Below are positions 39,401 to 45,400 of a DNA stretch of 48,024 nucleotides, piece after piece (the stretch's first letter is position 1; every line of letters begins with the position of its first letter). The notes under the pieces are model-generated. The model worked only from the letters and a program-made list of their open reading frames with translations, ran no database searches and was not told where the DNA came from. Source of the DNA: an uncultured Bacteroidaceae bacterium (GTDB lineage Bacteria > Bacteroidota > Bacteroidia > Bacteroidales > P3). The DNA lies in the NCBI GenBank assembly GCA_964513825.1, contig CAZEOJ010000002.1, positions 1 to 48,024 on the forward strand. The letters are read 5' to 3'. A program made the translations under genes and the position numbers.

Positions 39401-42400
39401 GATACGTTCCGCGTGGTGGCGCACCGTCCCACCTGGACCGTCACGCCCGCACAGGTAACCGTGTGCGCGGGCAACCTGTTCCCGTTCCATGCGGGCACGC
39501 CGTTCGACAGCATCCGCTTCGGCGAGGGCATGTGGCAGCCTCGTGGCAACGACAGCTTCACGCTCGGACCCATCTATAAGGACAGCACGGTATCCGTCAC
39601 CATCCTGCGCAAGACCTGCGAGAGCGTGGGCACGTTCAATGTCAAGATTGTGGCACGCGATACGCTCGGCGTCGAACTGACCGAAAACGCCGATGCCTGC
39701 GTGGCCTTGGCTCCCGTCACGGGCACCAATATCGACCTCGGTCTGCACGCGCAGCTGCAATACCGCGTACAGGGCACCGAAAACAGCGCCTTCGCGGGCT
39801 TGGTATACAAGGGTGTCGCCGCTTCGGCGCAGACCATGCCCTACAGCTTCTATATGGTGACCGACGGCGAGGGTGAAACGCATCTGTATGTCTATGTCAA
39901 TGGCGTACAGGCCAATATGACCAGTTTCGGTACGGTGGAGGCCGGCGACAGACTCGCCATCGGCCGCGAAGAGGGCAAGATGAACTTCTACCGCAACGGT
40001 GCCTTGCTCTACAGCACCGCCGAGACCTCGCGCGCCGCCGACTATATGAACGCGCAGGTGGATGTGGACGGCAACACCGCCCTCACCGACATCACCTTGC
40101 TCAACCTGCCCGGCTCGAAAGTATCGGCTTCCGTGAACACGGTCTACAACAACCGCACCTACGCCTGGTATATCAACGGAACCGAGGTGGGCACGGCCGC
40201 CGCGCTCGATGCCGCAGCACATCCCGTGATGAACGGCGACACCGTGGTATTGCGCGTGCGTTCGGCAAGTCCCTGCGACACGCTGGAGAAGGCCGACACC
40301 TTGGTAATCAGCAAGCAGAACGCCTATAAGCCTCTGACGGTGGCCATCGACACGCCCGACGCCCTCTGCCCGGGTGCCGCCCACTACACGTTCACCGCCA
40401 CCGTAACGGCCCCCGCAGGGGTGGCCGCCGCCGACCTGCGCTACAACTGGTACCGCAACGGCAACAAGGTGGTTTCGGGGGCTTCGTACAATACCTACGA
40501 CGCCAATAACCTGCAGGTCGGCGATGTGGTCTTCGCCGAAGCGTACGTGGCGAACAACCTCTGTGTACTCAACCAAAGCAGCTACCCGGCCGTGAGCAAC
40601 CGTGTGGTTCCGCAGTTCGAGCAGCCCGCCGCCAAGACGGCCCGCATCCTGCCCGAACCCGGCCTCACGCTCTGCCGCTTCGACGAAGCCACGTTTACGG
40701 TGGTGATGACCGGCAATGCCTACCTGCCCGCCCGCGTAGACTGGTACCTGAACGGCACCCTCGCGCAAAGCTCGGCGGCCCTGACCTACAGGACCAACGC
40801 GCTTGCCGACGGCGACAAGGTTCATGCCGTGGTTCAACTGAGCGCGGATGAACTCTGCGACGGTCTGCAACTCGTATACACCGACACGGTAAGCCTTACC
40901 GTCAACCCCGTTCCCGTAGTGGAGGCCGGTCCCGACCAAAGCGCGTTCTTCGGCGACACCGTACAGTTGAACGGCTCGGTTCTGAGCGGTCTGAGCGACC
41001 CGATGACCTATCATTGGACGCCGCAGACGCAGCCTGCCGATGCGCTCAGCACGCAGTGCATCGTAGAACACGCGGGCTACCGCTATCTCTACGCCACCAA
41101 CAGCTACGGTTGCACGGGCTACGACTCGCTCTTCATCGATATGGATGAATGCAACTACATCGAGGCCCAGAGCCCGGTTAACGGCAACGAGGTATGCGAG
41201 GGCGACAGCGTACGCTTCACCGTCACCATCGGCGGCATGCGCGCCGGCAACCCGCAGCGCATCTGGCAGATAAGCACCGACAACGGCAGCACGTGGAGCA
41301 ACGTTCCGGCCGCCGACTACAAGGTGGACAACGCGGGTCTGTTGGTACGCCGCGCCGAGGCTTCGATGAACAACGCCCTCTACCGCATGGTATTCGTTCC
41401 CGACGCCACGCTGGATATGGATTGCGACACCCTCTACAGCTTGCCCTACCGCCTCAAGGTGAACGCCGCCACTCGCACCCTGGCCGCCAGCCTGCAGGAG
41501 CCGGGCGTGCTCTGCGACGACGTGGCCACAGTCACCTTTACGCTCAACGGCAGCTTCCAGACCGGCGACCTCTATGCATGGTACCTCAACGGCATACCTG
41601 TAGGGCAGGGCAGTGCCTCGCTCACGCTCGACCGCAACCGCATCGCCGACGGCTATAAGCTCAAAGCCGTGGTGGAGGCCGCCGCACAGGCCTGCGCCGA
41701 TAAACAGGTTGTGGCCGACAGCCTCACCATCAAGATCAATCCCGCGCTCACGCTCGACGCTTGGGCCGACACCATCATCAACAGGAACACGCAGGCCGCG
41801 CTCCATGCCGACGCGCAAGGCGGCACCGCACCCTACGCCTATAGCTGGAAGCAGGCTTCCTACACGCAGGATGCCACCGCTGCCAACACCTATACCACCA
41901 ACCTCACCGCAACCCGCTTGTTCGAGGTGGAAGCCACCGACCAAGCCGGTTGCAAGGCCACCGCTCGCGTAAGGGTGAGTGTGGTAGACACCTGCATCGA
42001 CGGCATCGAGATTGCCGGCGACAACCAGACCAAGACCGTCTTCGACCTCTGTCAAGACTCCAGCATCACCTTCGACGCCTTGGTAAGCGGCGGTATGCCC
42101 GGCGGCTACACGCTCGCGTGGACGGTTTCGCCCGCCCTGCCCGCCGATGACCTCGTTACCTCGGCCAACGGCGCCCGCCTGTGGATGAAACCCTCCGTGG
42201 CCGGCACCTATACCCTCACGGCCACCGTCACCGACACCACGGCCCTCGGCGCGGCCCTCTGCACCGCGGCTCAGCGCACGCACACGGCCACCGTGACGCT
42301 CAACGTGAGCGCCCCGGCCACCTTCGCCGTCAGCGTGGCCGAAGCCGATGCCCTCTGCGAAGCGGAGGTGGAAGAAGGCAAACTGACACTCCAGGCCACC

Positions 42401-45400
42401 GTGACGGGCATCACCGACTACACCTTGGCATGGTTCAGAATCCGCAACAACGTCGAGATAGCCCTCGGCAACGGCTCGGCCACGCTGACCCTCACCGACG
42501 CCGTCGACGAAGACCTCTACTATGCGGTGGTTACCCCGCTGGGCAACTGCATGGATGCCGCCAGCCGTCACAGCGACACCGTAGAGGCCACCATCTATCC
42601 CACGCCCGTGGCCAACCCCAACAAGGCCCGCTACAATCCCGCCCGCGCGTGCAGCAACGACACCGCCTGGATAGAATGCTACCAGACCGTACCCCGCAAG
42701 GGACGCTTCGCGCAGACCCTCGAATACAGCATAGACGGCACCAGCTGGCGCACCGACGGCATCTTCAAGCCGCTGCCCGACCAGAGCGAGTACAGCATCC
42801 ATATCCGCAACCAATACGGCTGCAAGGCCAAGAACAGCCCCATCGTGGTGCCCAAGACCACCATGAAGTCGAACGCATGGCTCCGCGCCGGCCTCAACGA
42901 CACCTGCTACCAGGGCAACAGCGTCACCGTGAAGGGCGACACCGTCATCGACGCCACCCCGCTGTGGAGCACCTCGGGCACGGGCACGTTCAACAACACG
43001 GGCATCCTGCATCCCACCTACACGCCCAGCGCGGCCGACTTCGCCAAGGGCAAGGTGACGCTCTACCTCAAGACCAACAGCAGCAACGAATGTGATTTGG
43101 CCGACAGCATCGAAATCCTCCTGTTGGGTTGCGAGATCTATACCTTTGAGGTGAAAGGCAACACCGACGTATGCTTCGGCGGCACCGGCACCTACCGTGC
43201 CCGCTTTGCGGTCGACGCCGCCGGCGCCTCCGCCATCAGACCCGCCGACCATACCATCATATGGAGCACCCGCGACGCTTCGGGCAACCTGTCCGTGCTC
43301 AAGACCGATAACGACACCGCCTCCACCTGGAGCCTCACGGTGGCCGACAGCGGCTGGTATTATGTGACGGGCACCACGGCTACGGGCTGCATGTTCAAGG
43401 ATTCGCTGCACATCACCCTGGCCACCGAACCCGACATCGCCATCCTCCACGGTACGCCCTGTCCCACCACGCCCATCACGTTCCGTCTGGATACGGCCCT
43501 GCTCTTCGCCAAGAGCGGCTATGTCAACTACGCCTACAACTGGAGTGCCGTGGCCTATAAGGGCGGCGTTTCCACCACCCTCGGCACCGGCACGGCCGAC
43601 AGCCTCGCCCTGTCCCCGCTGCCCGCCGAAACCGACAGCCTCGTGGTGAGCGTAAGCATCACCACCGCCGAAGGCTGCACCTACAGCCGCACCAAGACCC
43701 TTTCCTACGAGCCGTGGGAAGACCTCTCGGGCTATGTGACCAACGACACCGCGGTTTGTCAGATCAACTCCTATGTTCTGCTGGCCGATATCGAAGCTCT
43801 TGATATCCTCAAGCACTACACCATGCAGTGGAGCAACGCCCGCGGCACGGCCAACCCCTTGGCGTTCCTGGCCAACGATCCCATCCTGGTGGACAGCACC
43901 AACAGCTACTACCTCACCATCACCCGCCCGAGCGACGGATGCCACTACTACGACACCATCCACGTGCGTGTAGACTCCATGCCCAGGATCTATATCGCCG
44001 ACACCATCTTCAAGTGCGCGCAGACGGGTCGTTTCTCGGTTTCGCCCGACAGTGTCGAGTATAACAAAGACGCCTACTATTGGTATCTCGATACTTACGG
44101 ACCCTGCAAGCCCAGCATAGCGAATGTCGACAAATACAGCGTCAACTTTACGCCTTGCGCCTCCATGTACAATGCCGACGGCTGGGCCACCCTGCGCCTG
44201 CGCACCGAAGGTATCAACGCCTGCGCCGGCAAGATTGTCTACGACACCGTCACCCTTGTGTTCCGCGGTCTGATGAAGACGGATGTGAAGAACGTGAGCG
44301 TATGTCTCGACGACAGCGTCGATGCCACCGTAGTGGTGACCGACCTCCATGGTGCCAATGTGGACAGCTTCGCCTATATCCTTATGCGTCCCGACAGCGT
44401 GCTGCGCAATGCCGCCGGCGACACCCTCCTCTACCGTCGTCCCGACACCCTCGGCACCTTTGTCTACAAAGACACGCTCAGGGTATGGAACGCCGACCGT
44501 TGCTACATCGAAAAACCGTATACCGTAACCTTTACGGCCACCGCCCGTATCCTGGAAGACACCATCGTCATCTGCACCGGCGACACGGCCACCCTTACCG
44601 TGGCCAACGCCACCCGTACCCCCTCGTGGCAGGAGTTGGGCAAGAGCACCACGCTGCACTCGGGCAACAACTATAAGGTGACGCCCACCCAGACCACCAC
44701 CTACGTGGCCTCGCGTTTCGCCAGCTCGGGCGGCTGCCAGAAGTATACCACCGACACGGTTACCGTAGTGGTGAAGGAAGGCTTCTACCTGCGCGCCGTA
44801 CCCGACAGCAACTTCTGCAACCCCGGCGAGATGCTCTGGGCCGTAGACAGCGTGGATGCCGAAGACGTAACCTACACCTGGGTCGACAGCGCCCTGCAGG
44901 TACTCTACGGCGTGGGTGACCCGAGAGCCATTGTCTCCACCGACAGTGCGTTTACCGACAGCGTCACCGACACCGACAAGACCTACTACCTGCACGCCGT
45001 GGCCGGCAACGGATGCGAGAAGAACATCACCGTGCGCGCCACCTACCGCCACATCCACTTTGCCCTGAACTACTACGACACCGTGGTTTACGAAGGCAGC
45101 AATCCTAAGGTGGCCGTAATCGGCTCCATGCCCGGCGGCTACTACCCGTGGTTCGACGCGCAGGACAGCATCTACCTCACCTTGTCCGACAGCCTCTACC
45201 GTCCCAAACTTACCCGCGACACCAACTACTTCTACTTTGTGGGTGAAAGCAAGGAAGAAGGCTGTGCGCTCAAGCTCAGGGTCATCACCATACCCATCCC
45301 CATGTTCGACACGGCGGTATGCGACTACGAGTGCGCCGAAATCCGACTCAGGGGCAGCGAAGGCGCCGACAGCATCACCTACAGGTATGCCGACACGCTG

